Below, in pieces: positions 8,870 through 20,257 of a stretch of 64,000 nucleotides of DNA (position 1 is its first letter; each line of letters begins with the position of its first letter). Source of the stretch: Acidobacteriota bacterium. Lineage in GTDB: Bacteria > Acidobacteriota > CAIWXX01. Under the pieces are notes generated by a model. It made no database searches, was not told where the DNA came from, and saw only the letters and a list, made by a program, of their open reading frames with translations. The stretch lies in assembly GCA_040755995.1 (NCBI GenBank), contig JBFMAF010000010.1, forward strand, positions 288,001-352,000. The letters are read 5' to 3'. Position numbers and translations under genes: made by a program.

Positions 8870-11401
8870 ATGACCGGCCGCATCATCTCGCACTTCGAGA
8901 TCCTCGACCAACTCGGGCGGGGCGGCATGGGGATCGTTTACCGGGCGCGCGATCTTACCCTCGATCGCGAGGTGGCGCTCAAGTTCCTTCCGCCTCACGC
9001 CGCGGGAAGCCCTGAGGAGCGACAGCGCCTGCTCCGCGAGGCGCGCACGGCCTCGCGCCTGGATCATCCGAACGTGTGCACGATCTACGAGGTCGGCGAG
9101 TCAGAGGCCGGCGAGCTGTTCGTGGCCATGCCGCGGTACGAGGGAGAGACTTTGGCCGAGATGCTCGTGAGCGGTCCGCTGCACCCGGCCGTGGCGCTGG
9201 ACCTCACTCGGCAGGCGGCCGACGGGCTCGCTGCGGCGCACGAGCGCGGTATCGTGCATCGCGATATCAAGCCGGCCAATCTGTTCCTGACGCGCGGTGG
9301 TCGTCTGAAAGTGCTCGACTTTGGCCTTGCCCGCAGCGTCGATCTGGTTCGCCTGACGCAAGATGGGGTACTTGCCGGCACTCCGATCTACATGGCGCCG
9401 GAACAGCTGCGCGGAGAGGAGGCCGATGCCAGCTCTGACTTGTGGGCACTCGGCGTGGTTCTCTACGAACTGATAGCAGGGAAGCCGCCCTTCGCCGGCG
9501 ACCTCGCCGGGATCGTGCAGCGTATTCTGGCCGCCCCCACTCCGCCGCTGCCCGCGCACGCGGAGTTCTCCGTGCGGCCATCAGTCGAGGCCCTGCTGGC
9601 CCGACTGCTTGCCAAAGAGCGTCACGACCGGCCGTCATCCGCGGCCGACGTGTCGCGCGATCTGGCCCATCTGCATGCCGAGAGCTCCGCGAGCGACGCA
9701 TGCACCTTCGCGTCCGACGATCGACCGACGAGCCTGCTCGCGATGCAACCGGTGCCTGCGAAGCTTGCGATTGCCGTGCTCGATTTCGCGAATACCGGCC
9801 CCCAGACCGATCTCGATTGGCTCTCAGCAGGTCTCGCGGACAGCCTCGCGGCGCGTCTTGATCGACTGCCGGGCCTGCACATGGTGCCGCGTCCTCTGAC
9901 CCGCCAACGCGCCACCGCAGCAGCCGGCGATCGCGCCGCCCTCACCAAGATCCTGAGTGCCCGCTGGCTGTTCGCCGGCACATTTCTGCGCCTCGGGCTG
10001 GGACTGCGGCTGGAAGGAGAGCTGCTCGATGCCGCCACCGGGAAGACCTCCTCTCTCGCGCCGGTCGACGGCCTCGTCGAGGAGGTGTTCTCGCTCCAGG
10101 ATCGCCTGCTGCAGCAGATCCTGGTGCTGCTGGCCATCGAACCCAGCGACTCCCAGCGAGGCCGCCTGGCGACGGCCCCCACCGAGGATCTCGCCGCCTT
10201 CGAGTGTTTCGCTCGCGCCCGCTGCCTGATCCATGAAATGGGGCCGCGCGCCTTCGCGCAGGCACAGCCTTTCCTGGAGCGCGCTGTGGCGCTTGATCCC
10301 GACTATGCTCTGGCTCACTCCGGCCTCGGCCAGCTCCGGCTGATGCGCTTCATTGCCACCACGGACCCTGAGGATCTGGCAGCAGGTTCGCGGCACCTCG
10401 AGCGAGCCGCCGAGCTCGATCCAGAGCTCGGCGAGCCCTGGGCCTGGCTGGCCTATGCACGGGCCCGCACTGGTGAGTTCGCCGCTGCCCGCGAGGCTGG
10501 CCGGAGGGCCGTCGCGGCCGAGCCCGAGAACCCGTTTGCCCACTACTTATCGGGCGTTGCGGGCTGGCTCGCGGCGTCCATCGGCGGAGATGGCGAGGCC
10601 TGGCCTGAAGCGGCGGCTGGATTCGCGCACACCATCAGACTGGCACCTCGCTATCCGGCGGCTTCGCAGATGATGGGCCTCGTACACATGGCACAGGGCG
10701 ACTACGACCGCGGCGAGCCCATGCTGCGCCGGGCGGCGGAGATCGAGGCCTCCGAAGACTTCGAGTTCGCCCGTTTCGTCGGCGCGGCCGTGCTGCTCGG
10801 CTGGGCGCGCCTGCGGCGCGGAGCGCGGCAGGAGGCGGCCGATCTACTGCGCGCTGCCGCTGCAACCCTCTCCACAAGCGAGCACGTCTACGCTCCGGCC
10901 CACCTCGCGCTGGCGCGGATCGGTCTCGGAGAGTTGGCGCTGCGCGAACGACGCCCTGACGAGGCCATATCGGCCTTCCGCCAGGCCGCGGCCGGTATCG
11001 AAGAAAGGCCGCGGGTGCTCGGCGGCGGATGGATTCTCCTGCGCGCCCGCCTGGGGCTCTCACGGGCCTTTCGGAAGCTCGGAATGCCGCGAGAGGCCGA
11101 GCGGTTGCGCGCAGAGGTCTTGGCGTTGCGCTCCACGCGCCAGGGATTCGATTTCAGCGGAATCTGGGAAGGCAGCGAGGCCGACCTCGATGTCGAGCTG
11201 GCCGTGGCCTCGGCTGCCGCCCGCCGCGCGCCAGAGGCGCTCGGCCTCCTCTCTCAGGCCGTCGCACGCGGCTTCGCCGACATCGTTCATCTGGCGGACG
11301 AGCCGGCCCTGAAAGAGATCGCCGGTGACCCGGAAATGGTCCGGCTAAGAGAGATCGTCACGCCGCGCGCGACGGCCTGGCGTGCGATCGAGCGATTCTG
11401 A
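8870..11401 (+). CDS. Ser/Thr protein kinase with TolB-N-like domain and TPR repeats
   Basis: LGRGGMGIVY, VALK, HRDIKPAN, DFG, GTPIYMAPE, SDLWALG; then IAVLDFAN...LSAGLAD and TPRs (LERAVALDPDYALAH). Confidence 0.93.
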   Translation: MTGRIISHFEILDQLGRGGMGIVYRARDLTLDREVALKFLPPHAAGSPEERQRLLREARTASRLDHPNVCTIYEVGESEAGELFVAMPRYEGETLAEMLVSGPLHPAVALDLTRQAADGLAAAHERGIVHRDIKPANLFLTRGGRLKVLDFGLARSVDLVRLTQDGVLAGTPIYMAPEQLRGEEADASSDLWALGVVLYELIAGKPPFAGDLAGIVQRILAAPTPPLPAHAEFSVRPSVEALLARLLAKERHDRPSSAADVSRDLAHLHAESSASDACTFASDDRPTSLLAMQPVPAKLAIAVLDFANTGPQTDLDWLSAGLADSLAARLDRLPGLHMVPRPLTRQRATAAAGDRAALTKILSARWLFAGTFLRLGLGLRLEGELLDAATGKTSSLAPVDGLVEEVFSLQDRLLQQILVLLAIEPSDSQRGRLATAPTEDLAAFECFARARCLIHEMGPRAFAQAQPFLERAVALDPDYALAHSGLGQLRLMRFIATTDPEDLAAGSRHLERAAELDPELGEPWAWLAYARARTGEFAAAREAGRRAVAAEPENPFAHYLSGVAGWLAASIGGDGEAWPEAAAGFAHTIRLAPRYPAASQMMGLVHMAQGDYDRGEPMLRRAAEIEASEDFEFARFVGAAVLLGWARLRRGARQEAADLLRAAAATLSTSEHVYAPAHLALARIGLGELALRERRPDEAISAFRQAAAGIEERPRVLGGGWILLRARLGLSRAFRKLGMPREAERLRAEVLALRSTRQGFDFSGIWEGSEADLDVELAVASAAARRAPEALGLLSQAVARGFADIVHLADEPALKEIAGDPEMVRLREIVTPRATAWRAIERF

Positions 11402-11762
11402 GTACGGTCCGGCGGCGCGCGTGCGGAAAGTCCGAGGAAGCCCTTGGATGCGGCTCTCACTCTGAACAGACCGGACTGCACGATCTGAACGAGGAGAGTC
11501 GGAGGCCAGCCACCCGGCTCCACCCCATGTAAGCCTCCGCATCCGCGGAAAACCTGCGCCAGAACGGATGTGCAGTGATTCCCACGGGCTGGTTGTCTTG
11601 CCGCGCTGCGAGCTTCAGCTGTTCGTGAAGCGTGATGTTTCGCAGCCGTGGTCGCCTTTCCGATTTGACTCATCGGCCGGTGCGGGCGTAGTCTTCCACA
11701 GACTTCAAGGTGCGAACTGATGGTTGCGGCTCTCTGAAGAGGAAAAAGCGGGAGGACTTCTC

Positions 11763-12488
11763 ATGGTGCGAACAATCTCCGCAGTCGTGACACTCGCGAT
11801 CCTGATTGCATCCGGGGCCGGGCTTGTGGCTGCCCAGACCCCTGCAAGCGGCGAGGTGCCGCTGCTCCAATTGCCCGACCAGGAGCGCGTCGAGAAATGC
11901 AAGCAGATCATCCTCAGTCGCGTGACACGAGACAAAGTCACATTCCGTGGCGACAAACCGGGACAGATGCGCATACGCTGGGAATGGTACGACAAGATCG
12001 TCAAGAACTACATTTTTGAGAAGACAATGCTGCTGAGAGAATTGTCGGCCAACGAGAAGCACCAGCTTCGCCCCGAATGGGCCTACAAGGGGATGAAGGT
12101 GACGTTCCAGGAGCTCTTTCAGCTCGGCCCAAATGATGATGACAAGCTTCTACCGATCCTCTCACACCAGGCCCTTCTGAACATGATCCCGAAGGCGAGT
12201 CTCCAAGGAGTCACGCTTCTCGGCAAGCAGGGTGAACTAAAGGGGCCATTCACGCGCAAGTACAAGGTCCCCAGCATCTACCTGACGAACGTCTATGAGA
12301 CGAAGATCGAGTATCGCGCGAGCAACGGCTCGCTCGCGACGGCCTTCGGCCTGTCCTACGACGCGTTCACGCTCCGATGGAAGGACATCAAGGACCGCGT
12401 GGTGGATGAGGTGTCGGATGCCAAGGAGATCGAGGACCTGCAGATGGTCCGGGATGCCGAGAACCCGGCCGGGGCAGACAGGGATTAG
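11763..12488 (+). CDS. Hypothetical secreted protein
   Basis: GGAGG RBS; signal peptide ending in VAA/QT; GC3-rich codon usage. Confidence 0.7.
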   Translation: MVRTISAVVTLAILIASGAGLVAAQTPASGEVPLLQLPDQERVEKCKQIILSRVTRDKVTFRGDKPGQMRIRWEWYDKIVKNYIFEKTMLLRELSANEKHQLRPEWAYKGMKVTFQELFQLGPNDDDKLLPILSHQALLNMIPKASLQGVTLLGKQGELKGPFTRKYKVPSIYLTNVYETKIEYRASNGSLATAFGLSYDAFTLRWKDIKDRVVDEVSDAKEIEDLQMVRDAENPAGADRD

Positions 12489-12534
12489 GCCCCAACCCCG
12501 TGGACCGGTGTAGCCCGAAGGGATCCGTTCACGT

Positions 12535-13764
12535 TCACGGATCCGATGAGGCTGCTGACGGCTCACGGGAACCCCACTGCACGTACGGGATGGCGAGTGC
12601 CATCAGCACCGGCATCACAACTTCCGAATCGCCGAAGTTGTAATCGAACATACCTGCCACGAGGAAGCTGACGACGGCGGCGAGAGAGGCGTCCAGCAGC
12701 GGAGGCGCACGCGCTCCGGCCGGAGCGCGGCGCAGCAGGGATATCACCCGGCCGAAGTACGCACCGAACATAAGGCACCAGAAGAAGAGGGCGAACAGAC
12801 CGCGTTCTGCCCCCAGATGCACGACGTTGTTGTGCAGATGCGGACTGACCCTCGGGAACGCACCGGGCATCATGTACAGCACATAGGCCCGGCTGACCAT
12901 GTTTGGGCCGAGCCCGAACAGAGGATGATCGCGAATCATCAGGACGCCGCTTCGCACCATATCGATCCGGTCGCGATTGCTCTCGTCACGCAGCGAGACG
13001 ATCGACACCATCCGGGTGAACACATTGAGCGGTGCGAGCACGAGCAGGAAGAGCAGGATTCCGGGAACGCCGAGCAGATACCAGGGCTTCTTCCTCAGCA
13101 GGAGAGCAGCGAGTCCGGCGAGCATTCCGACCCACGCGCCTCGGACGTAGCTCAGCACGACAGCTGCCGTAGACGCGACGGCGACCCCGGCTGCGGCCAG
13201 CCGCCTCGCCAGCGTACCCGGCTCCGTGACGAGCGCGAATGCGAAAGACGCGATCACCATCATGAACTGGCCGTACGTCATGTAGATGCTGAAGAACCCG
13301 CGCGCGCGGCCTTCGAGCCCGGCCGCACCGAGCTGAAAGAAGTACTGGTAGATCCCGAATCCTGCCGCGATGAGGCTCGAGACAGCCAGGGCGGCGAGGA
13401 ACACGCGCCAGCGTCTGGCCGTGTCGAGAAACGCCAGGATCGTGAACGGGAGAAGCACCAGAAGCAGGCTCTTGCAGTCGACAAGGCTTTCGACGGGGCT
13501 CGGCGAGAGAGCCGCCGACACGAGCGAGCAAACGGCGAAACCGCCCGCGCCGGCTCCAAGCCACCGTACTCCGGCAGAGCGCAGCCGTCGCATGGCAGCG
13601 CCGATGTCCACGAGGAAGGCGATCAGCGCCACGATCAGACACGACTGGCTGGCGAAGATCGAGATGGGCGCGGCCAGCGCGTATCCGACCAGCGCCAGGA
13701 ACCCCACCTGCGAAGGCCTGGACCGGACGCCTTCGGCAGTCACCGGAGCCATACTGCGCGACAT
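12535..13764 (-). CDS. O-antigen ligase (Wzy_C/WaaL) family membrane protein
   Basis: About 10-12 TM segments; SYVRGAWVG, R..M...G..MIRDHPLFGLGP, HLHNNVVHLGAERG motifs. Start approximate. Confidence 0.88.
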   Translation of the reverse strand: MSRSMAPVTAEGVRSRPSQVGFLALVGYALAAPISIFASQSCLIVALIAFLVDIGAAMRRLRSAGVRWLGAGAGGFAVCSLVSAALSPSPVESLVDCKSLLLVLLPFTILAFLDTARRWRVFLAALAVSSLIAAGFGIYQYFFQLGAAGLEGRARGFFSIYMTYGQFMMVIASFAFALVTEPGTLARRLAAAGVAVASTAAVVLSYVRGAWVGMLAGLAALLLRKKPWYLLGVPGILLFLLVLAPLNVFTRMVSIVSLRDESNRDRIDMVRSGVLMIRDHPLFGLGPNMVSRAYVLYMMPGAFPRVSPHLHNNVVHLGAERGLFALFFWCLMFGAYFGRVISLLRRAPAGARAPPLLDASLAAVVSFLVAGMFDYNFGDSEVVMPVLMALAIPYVQWGSREPSAASSDP

Positions 13765-13791
13765 AAGTCGCGCGGTATGCGGGTGGGGGTT

Positions 13792-13898
13792 CCGGGGGAG
13801 GCCTCGCGCGGAGGCATCCCCCGGTGGGGTACGCGGGGAGGGCTCAGGCCTTGCGCGGCCCTCCGGCCGCATATGCAAGGCCTGAGGCCATCCCCGCG
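13792..13898. repeat. Two GC-rich intergenic palindromes (REP-like element)
   Basis: Hairpin 1: CCGGGGGA...TCCCCCGG (13792-13824). Hairpin 2: CGCGGGGA/TCCCCGCG enclosing CTCAGGCCTTGC/GCAAGGCCTGAG and GCGGCC/GGCCGC (13832-13898). Confidence 0.6.
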
Positions 13899-14001
13899 AA
13901 TACGGCGCGTCATACACTGCGTCGGCTCCTTGAACCTGCAGTGGACCTATGACGCGCCGTATGCCACCTGCTCAGCGTCGAGCGCTTCGACCGGTCACCC
14001 C

Positions 14002-15318
<1,317 letters not shown>

Positions 15319-15434
15319 TCATGGTTGACTTATCCTAGCATCTTGCGGCAGCGAATCAAAGCGCTTGACGACACGCGCACCTTCACTCCACTCTCACGGC
15401 ATCCTCCTCGCCTCCGTGAGCGTGGAGGTCGCTC

Positions 15435-17147
15435 TCACCTCAGCCAGAGCACGGCCATGCGGCCGTCGGTTTTTACGGTATCGCCCGTGGCATTCTGAGT
15501 CGCCCGCGGCACGGCGGGGCGGTCGACCAGGCTGTAGTCCGCGACCAGGCCGGTGAACAGGAGGTCGTTCAACACCTTCGCGCGCTCGTGATCCACCATC
15601 GAGTCGATTTTGTGATACCACTTCGTGCCGCTCCGCTCGGCCCTGATCCCAATATCATGAGTTCCTGCGCCAATCCAGACATCCCGCCCGTCATATGGCG
15701 CGTCGGCGTGCCAGATTCGGATATGGTGCCTCTTGGCGAAGGTGTTGTTCTGCTTCTGATAGACAATATCGGGATCGCGGCCGTTGAGTGTCAGCAGTGA
15801 GACGGGAGCTGCGCCATAGCCCCTGTTCTGCGCTGTCGCGATGAAGCTCTTGAGTCCCGACTTGAGGCCCAGCTTCGCGGCCTCGATCCAGCCGCCCGAC
15901 TCGAACGCGGCCACCAGCTGCTCGCGCGTCCCGATGAAGGCGAAATTCGTCAGGTCGGATGGCACGCCGTTCTTCGCCTGTACCCGCAGAGGCTGAGCGT
16001 TCACGAATTCGACCAGCGCCGGCGGAGCCGCGATCGGGGTCCAGACGGGCGAGCTCGGGAGCTCCGCCACCTTCTCCGGGATCAAGACCTTCAGCGTCAT
16101 GTCAACGCCCGGCTCATACACGATCTCCCGCGAGTATGTCCTACCGAATCCAAAGGTCGCTGCCTGGACAATCGGTCCCACAAGCGGCACGGCGTACCCG
16201 ATGCCGGATCCCACCATCCCGACCTTGCTCAGGACGCTGTTCGGGAAGGGGGCGCCGACAATCCAACCTGAGTGGACGGTCTCGCGCGAGTTGTCCACCT
16301 CCACAACCCGGGTAGCCAGCCGGGTCCGCTGCCCGTTCGCGTGAACCAGGTTGGCGAAATCGAGGAACATGACGGCCTGCTGGTACTTGTCCTTCGCTCT
16401 TCTCGCCAGCATCATCGAGCCCTCGACGGGAGTGCCCGGCGCCACCACCATCCGGTCCTCCACCATGACCGGCACAGTCACGACAGCTCGGGCCGGATCC
16501 CCCGGCCTGGACGAGTTGCTGGCTGCTCGAGTCGTAAGGCGGATCTGGATTTCGGTACCGCAGGGCAGGTCGGCAGCGAGGGCCGACCGCACCCCCTCGA
16601 TCTCGCCCGCTTCCGCCGCCGCAGCTACCTTGTCGAGGTAGTCGATCAACCGAAGCGTCTCATCTTGAGAGTGGCCGTTCTCTGCGCCGGCCTCGATCAG
16701 CGCATTCTGCAAGGCGTCAGAATTCGAGAAGCTCTGCCAGTCCAGAGGGGTGTTGCCATAGCGGTCCTCCGCGTTCACATCAGCTCCGGCTGCCAACAAC
16801 CTCTGCGTCAGATCTTCGAGATCGCGCCCGAAATCTCCCTTCCTCGTCGAGATGCCGTTGATGATTGCCCAGTGGAGCGGCGTCAGCCCTTCAGCGTCGC
16901 AGGTGCCGACGTCACCACCTGCCGACAGGATGTCCGACGCTTTCTCCAAATAGTCGGTCGCCTCGGAGTCCTTTGAAGCGCGCGACGCCTGCGTAAGCGT
17001 GCCGAGGAGCGCCGTCGACGGCGAGGTCTGCGCCGCCGCGACGGCGGCAGGCTGAGTGGCGGGAGCAGGTCCCGTGCTCTCTGCGGGATCGACTGGAGAC
17101 GCGCCGCCCAGGAACACTGCGAGAATGAGACTGACTGGTGGCTGCAT
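15435..17147 (-). CDS. Exported protein: ankyrin repeats + beta domain + LssY C-terminal-like domain
   Basis: GLTPLHWA and GADVNAEDRYGNTPLD ankyrin motifs; C-terminal NFAFIGTREQLVAAF..GGW, APVSLLTLNGRDPD..YQK, RHHIRIW, VWIGAGTHD, HKID..VDHER. Confidence 0.75.
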   Translation of the reverse strand: MQPPVSLILAVFLGGASPVDPAESTGPAPATQPAAVAAAQTSPSTALLGTLTQASRASKDSEATDYLEKASDILSAGGDVGTCDAEGLTPLHWAIINGISTRKGDFGRDLEDLTQRLLAAGADVNAEDRYGNTPLDWQSFSNSDALQNALIEAGAENGHSQDETLRLIDYLDKVAAAAEAGEIEGVRSALAADLPCGTEIQIRLTTRAASNSSRPGDPARAVVTVPVMVEDRMVVAPGTPVEGSMMLARRAKDKYQQAVMFLDFANLVHANGQRTRLATRVVEVDNSRETVHSGWIVGAPFPNSVLSKVGMVGSGIGYAVPLVGPIVQAATFGFGRTYSREIVYEPGVDMTLKVLIPEKVAELPSSPVWTPIAAPPALVEFVNAQPLRVQAKNGVPSDLTNFAFIGTREQLVAAFESGGWIEAAKLGLKSGLKSFIATAQNRGYGAAPVSLLTLNGRDPDIVYQKQNNTFAKRHHIRIWHADAPYDGRDVWIGAGTHDIGIRAERSGTKWYHKIDSMVDHERAKVLNDLLFTGLVADYSLVDRPAVPRATQNATGDTVKTDGRMAVLWLR

Positions 17148-17350
17148 CTGAAGAACCCTCCTTCGTCCGCCCTCTGTCGCGCGATCTACCCCTGTGGTCC
17201 GCGCTTCGCCAGACGGCTTTGGGCGAAAAACGTGTTGCGATTGTTTGGAGCGGCGCGTCGCTGCCACTCTCTACGCTCCCCTCTCTACTCTCTACGCGAG
17301 GCGCGGCCAAAGTGGTCGTGCACGCTTAACAGGTCCGAGGCCGCGCCTCG

Positions 17351-17611
17351 CTAACCGGAGCGCCGCCGACCCTTGAATGACGACAGCGGAACCGCCGCAG
17401 GCCCGGGGCCTTCGGCGGCGCGACGTTCGAGCGCCTCGATGTGTTCGAGCTCCGCTTCGATGAACGCGTTCACGGCGCGCAGGACGAGCTTCTTCGTCTC
17501 GAGAACGTTGCGGCGAGTCACGCCGCATTCTTCGAGCATCTCTGCTATGTAGCAGCAGTAGCGCTTGCCGTTGCGTGCGTTGCGCGTCGCCTTTCCATTA
17601 CTTCTGGGCAT
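17351..17611 (-). CDS. Small hypothetical protein coupled to the ArsA-like ATPase
   Basis: GGAGG RBS inside the ATPase 3' end; 14-bp overlap; predicted amphipathic helix. Confidence 0.55.
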   Translation of the reverse strand: MPRSNGKATRNARNGKRYCCYIAEMLEECGVTRRNVLETKKLVLRAVNAFIEAELEHIEALERRAAEGPGPAAVPLSSFKGRRRSG

Positions 17612-18776
17612 CTTTGCCTCCGAACGTGATCTTCAGCCGGTCGTCCACGTACCGTGCGTCTTTGAGCTTTCGTGCGGCGAGGGAGCGGGGGAGGAAGAAG
17701 TTGCGCTTGATATTCTTCACCTGGATGATCAACTGGTCTCCCTTCACCCAGATACCCAGCTCTTTCTCGTCGAGGAACGGGAGCTTGAGCGAGAGCACGT
17801 AGTTGCCGCGCTCCTTGCGTATCTCCATCGGCTTCTCCCGGTGCAAGACCTGCGACGGGTCGCGGTCGCCGAAGACGTGCCGCGCGAAACGGCTCAGCCG
17901 CTCCAGCCCCACAACCTCCGTCTCGAACAGCTCGGCGGTGAACGTCGGGATCGGATCGAACGACTCGTGGCATTCAGCCAGGTGCTTTTGCTGCACGGCG
18001 ATCCAATCGCTGAGGTAGCTGTTCTTGACCTGCTCCGGAAAGATCTTGTTGGCGAAGATCGAATCCACCGAGAATCCGAACAGGTTGAGATAGGTGTACA
18101 GACGGTGCGACTCCTTGATCACCATCTTTTCCGGATTGAGCACGATGCGGATCGAGCTCTGCTCCGGGTCGCAGAGTATCGCGCGCAGCCCGTCGACCCG
18201 CCTGTACAGGTTCTGCAGAGAAAAGAAGACGTCGTCTGTAGGAAGAGGAACGTTCACCACACGCTCGGCGATCGGCCTCACCGCCTTCACCACGCGCCGA
18301 TGGAGATTGAAAATCTTCTCGAAGTACCAGCGCATGATGTCGGGCATGCTCAGCATGCGAATCGTGGAACCGGTCGGAGCGCAGTCGATGATTGCCACGT
18401 CGAACAGATCCTTCTCGTGGTATTCCTTCAGCTTCAGCAGGCTGAAGAGCTCCTCCATCCCCGGGAACACCGCGAACTCCTCCGCCATGACCTCCTCGAA
18501 CCCGCGGGCGCGGAGGAACTGGGTCAGGAACTCCTGGATCTTCCCCCAGTTGCTCGTGAGCTCCAAGTTCACGTCGATCTCGATAGCCTGCAGATTTGGC
18601 ATGACCGGCGTCAGGGATGTGCCGACCTGGGTGTCGAGCGAATCGCCGAGGGAGTGGGCCGCGTCGGTAGAGAGGACGACGGTGCGGCGGCCGAGCTCGG
18701 CGCACCTTACCGCCGTCGCGGCGGACATGCTGGTCTTGCCAACGCCTCCCTTGCCGGTGTAGAGAATCGTCCTCAT
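17598..18776 (-). CDS. ArsA/Get3-family ATPase with C-terminal HSP20-like domain
   Basis: GKGGVGKT, STDAAHSLGD, FPGMEELF, DCAPTGST; C-terminal beta domain LSLKLPF...GDQLIIQV..IKRNFFLP. Confidence 0.9.
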   Translation of the reverse strand: MRTILYTGKGGVGKTSMSAATAVRCAELGRRTVVLSTDAAHSLGDSLDTQVGTSLTPVMPNLQAIEIDVNLELTSNWGKIQEFLTQFLRARGFEEVMAEEFAVFPGMEELFSLLKLKEYHEKDLFDVAIIDCAPTGSTIRMLSMPDIMRWYFEKIFNLHRRVVKAVRPIAERVVNVPLPTDDVFFSLQNLYRRVDGLRAILCDPEQSSIRIVLNPEKMVIKESHRLYTYLNLFGFSVDSIFANKIFPEQVKNSYLSDWIAVQQKHLAECHESFDPIPTFTAELFETEVVGLERLSRFARHVFGDRDPSQVLHREKPMEIRKERGNYVLSLKLPFLDEKELGIWVKGDQLIIQVKNIKRNFFLPRSLAARKLKDARYVDDRLKITFGGKDAQK

Positions 18777-19171
18777 GTGCTTGCCGCTTGCGCGCCGTGG
18801 CTACTGTCGCGGGGCGGCGACGCGCTCGTGCCTCCTCTTTCTGGCGACTCGACCGGACTCGAGTGCCTCGGCCATCCGACGCAAGCTGTGCATGTCGCGT
18901 ATATCCTCTTCCAGAACGGCAGTGCCGTCAAGGTGAGCGTGTGCTGCCCCAGCCGTCTTGCATCCCGCGCATCGCCAAAGTACAATCCCTTCACCACGGT
19001 GAGAAATACGGATGCCGATGCTGTCTGCCTGCGCGGCGCCGAGGTTGCCGTGAACAAGGGAGCGCTGCCGAGTCCCGGCTCCCGGCTTCGCGATGCCGTC
19101 AGGCACTTCGCGGAGGATCGTATGGTGGCTGAGAAAGGGGAGCGCGGGTAGGCCCTGCCGGGACCGTAGTC

Positions 19172-20257
19172 ATGCTCCCAATCGATCTGCTCTGTCCCGG
19201 GTGTTTTCGCGAGAAGGAGCCCGGCGCAGCCTGTGCGGGCTGCGGATTTGACGAATCGAGGCCCCGTTCGAGGTTGTTCTTGCCCTGCCGGACCGTCCTT
19301 CAGCAACTGTATGTGGTGGGGAGAGAACTGGGCAACCCCGGCAGCTTCGGCATAACGTACCTCGCTTGCGACACCGCCTTGCAGACGTGCGTCGCCATCA
19401 AGGAGTACTTCCCGCGCGGAATCGTCGAGCGAGGTCCGGATGGACTCGGCGTTCACGTCATTCGCGAGCGCGACAGGGAACTATACAGCGGCGGTCTTGC
19501 CGGCTTCCTTCGCGAGGCACAGACTCTCGCGAAGATCGATCATCCGAATGTGGTGCGCGTCCGGACGTTCTTCCAGTCGAACCAGACCGCGTACCTGGTG
19601 ATGGATCACGTCGAAGGCAGCTCGCTGGCGGAGCACCTCAGGCAGCATGGCGGTCGCGTTTCGGTCGAACAGGCGCTTCGCATCATGATCCCGGTTCTGG
19701 ACGGCCTCGCAGCTGTCCATGACAAAGGCTACCTGCACAACGACGTCACCCCGCAGAACATCTGCATCAGATCGGACGGTCGGCCGGTCCTGTTGGACTT
19801 CGGGGCAGCGCGACTGGCGCTCGGAGGACAGGGCGTGAGCCAGTCGGTTCTGGTGACGCCTGGGTTCGCGCCGTTCGAGCAGTACCGGCGAGGAGGTGAC
19901 CTGGGCCCGTGGACAGACGTGTACGGCGCGGCGGCGACGCTTTGCAAACTGCTCACCGGCGTTGTGCCGCCCGGAGCCCTGGACCGCAGACGGCACGATG
20001 ACTTCCTCCCGCCAGATCGCCTCGTGCCCTGGCTGTCCAGGGACATCGCCATAGCCATCACCGGCGCACTCGCTCTCGATCCACCAGCATGCACTCCGGA
20101 TCATCGTCCCAATACTCGATGCGCTGGAAGCGGTTCATCGCCGAAGCCTCCTGCACCGCGACGTCAAACCGCAGAATATTTTCATCGCAGCAGATGGCCG
20201 GCCGGTCCTGCTCGATTTCGGCTCTGCCAGAGCGTTTCTCGGCGAGTCCAGCCATAG
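19172..20257 (+). pseudogene. Zn-ribbon + Ser/Thr kinase, C-terminally truncated at about 20082 (first half of a fused pair)
   Basis: CPGC..CAGC, GNPGSFGITY, VAIKE, HNDVTPQN, DFG, PFEQ. Homology ends at ALALDP, followed by an out-of-frame tail. Confidence 0.8.

Noticed and set aside
17598..18776. Arsenic resistance operon
   Set aside because: No arsR/B/C/D nearby; single-domain ATPase with an HSP20-like tail.
17565..19151. 528-aa plus-strand ORF
   Set aside because: Antisense shadow of the ArsA/Get3 ATPase.
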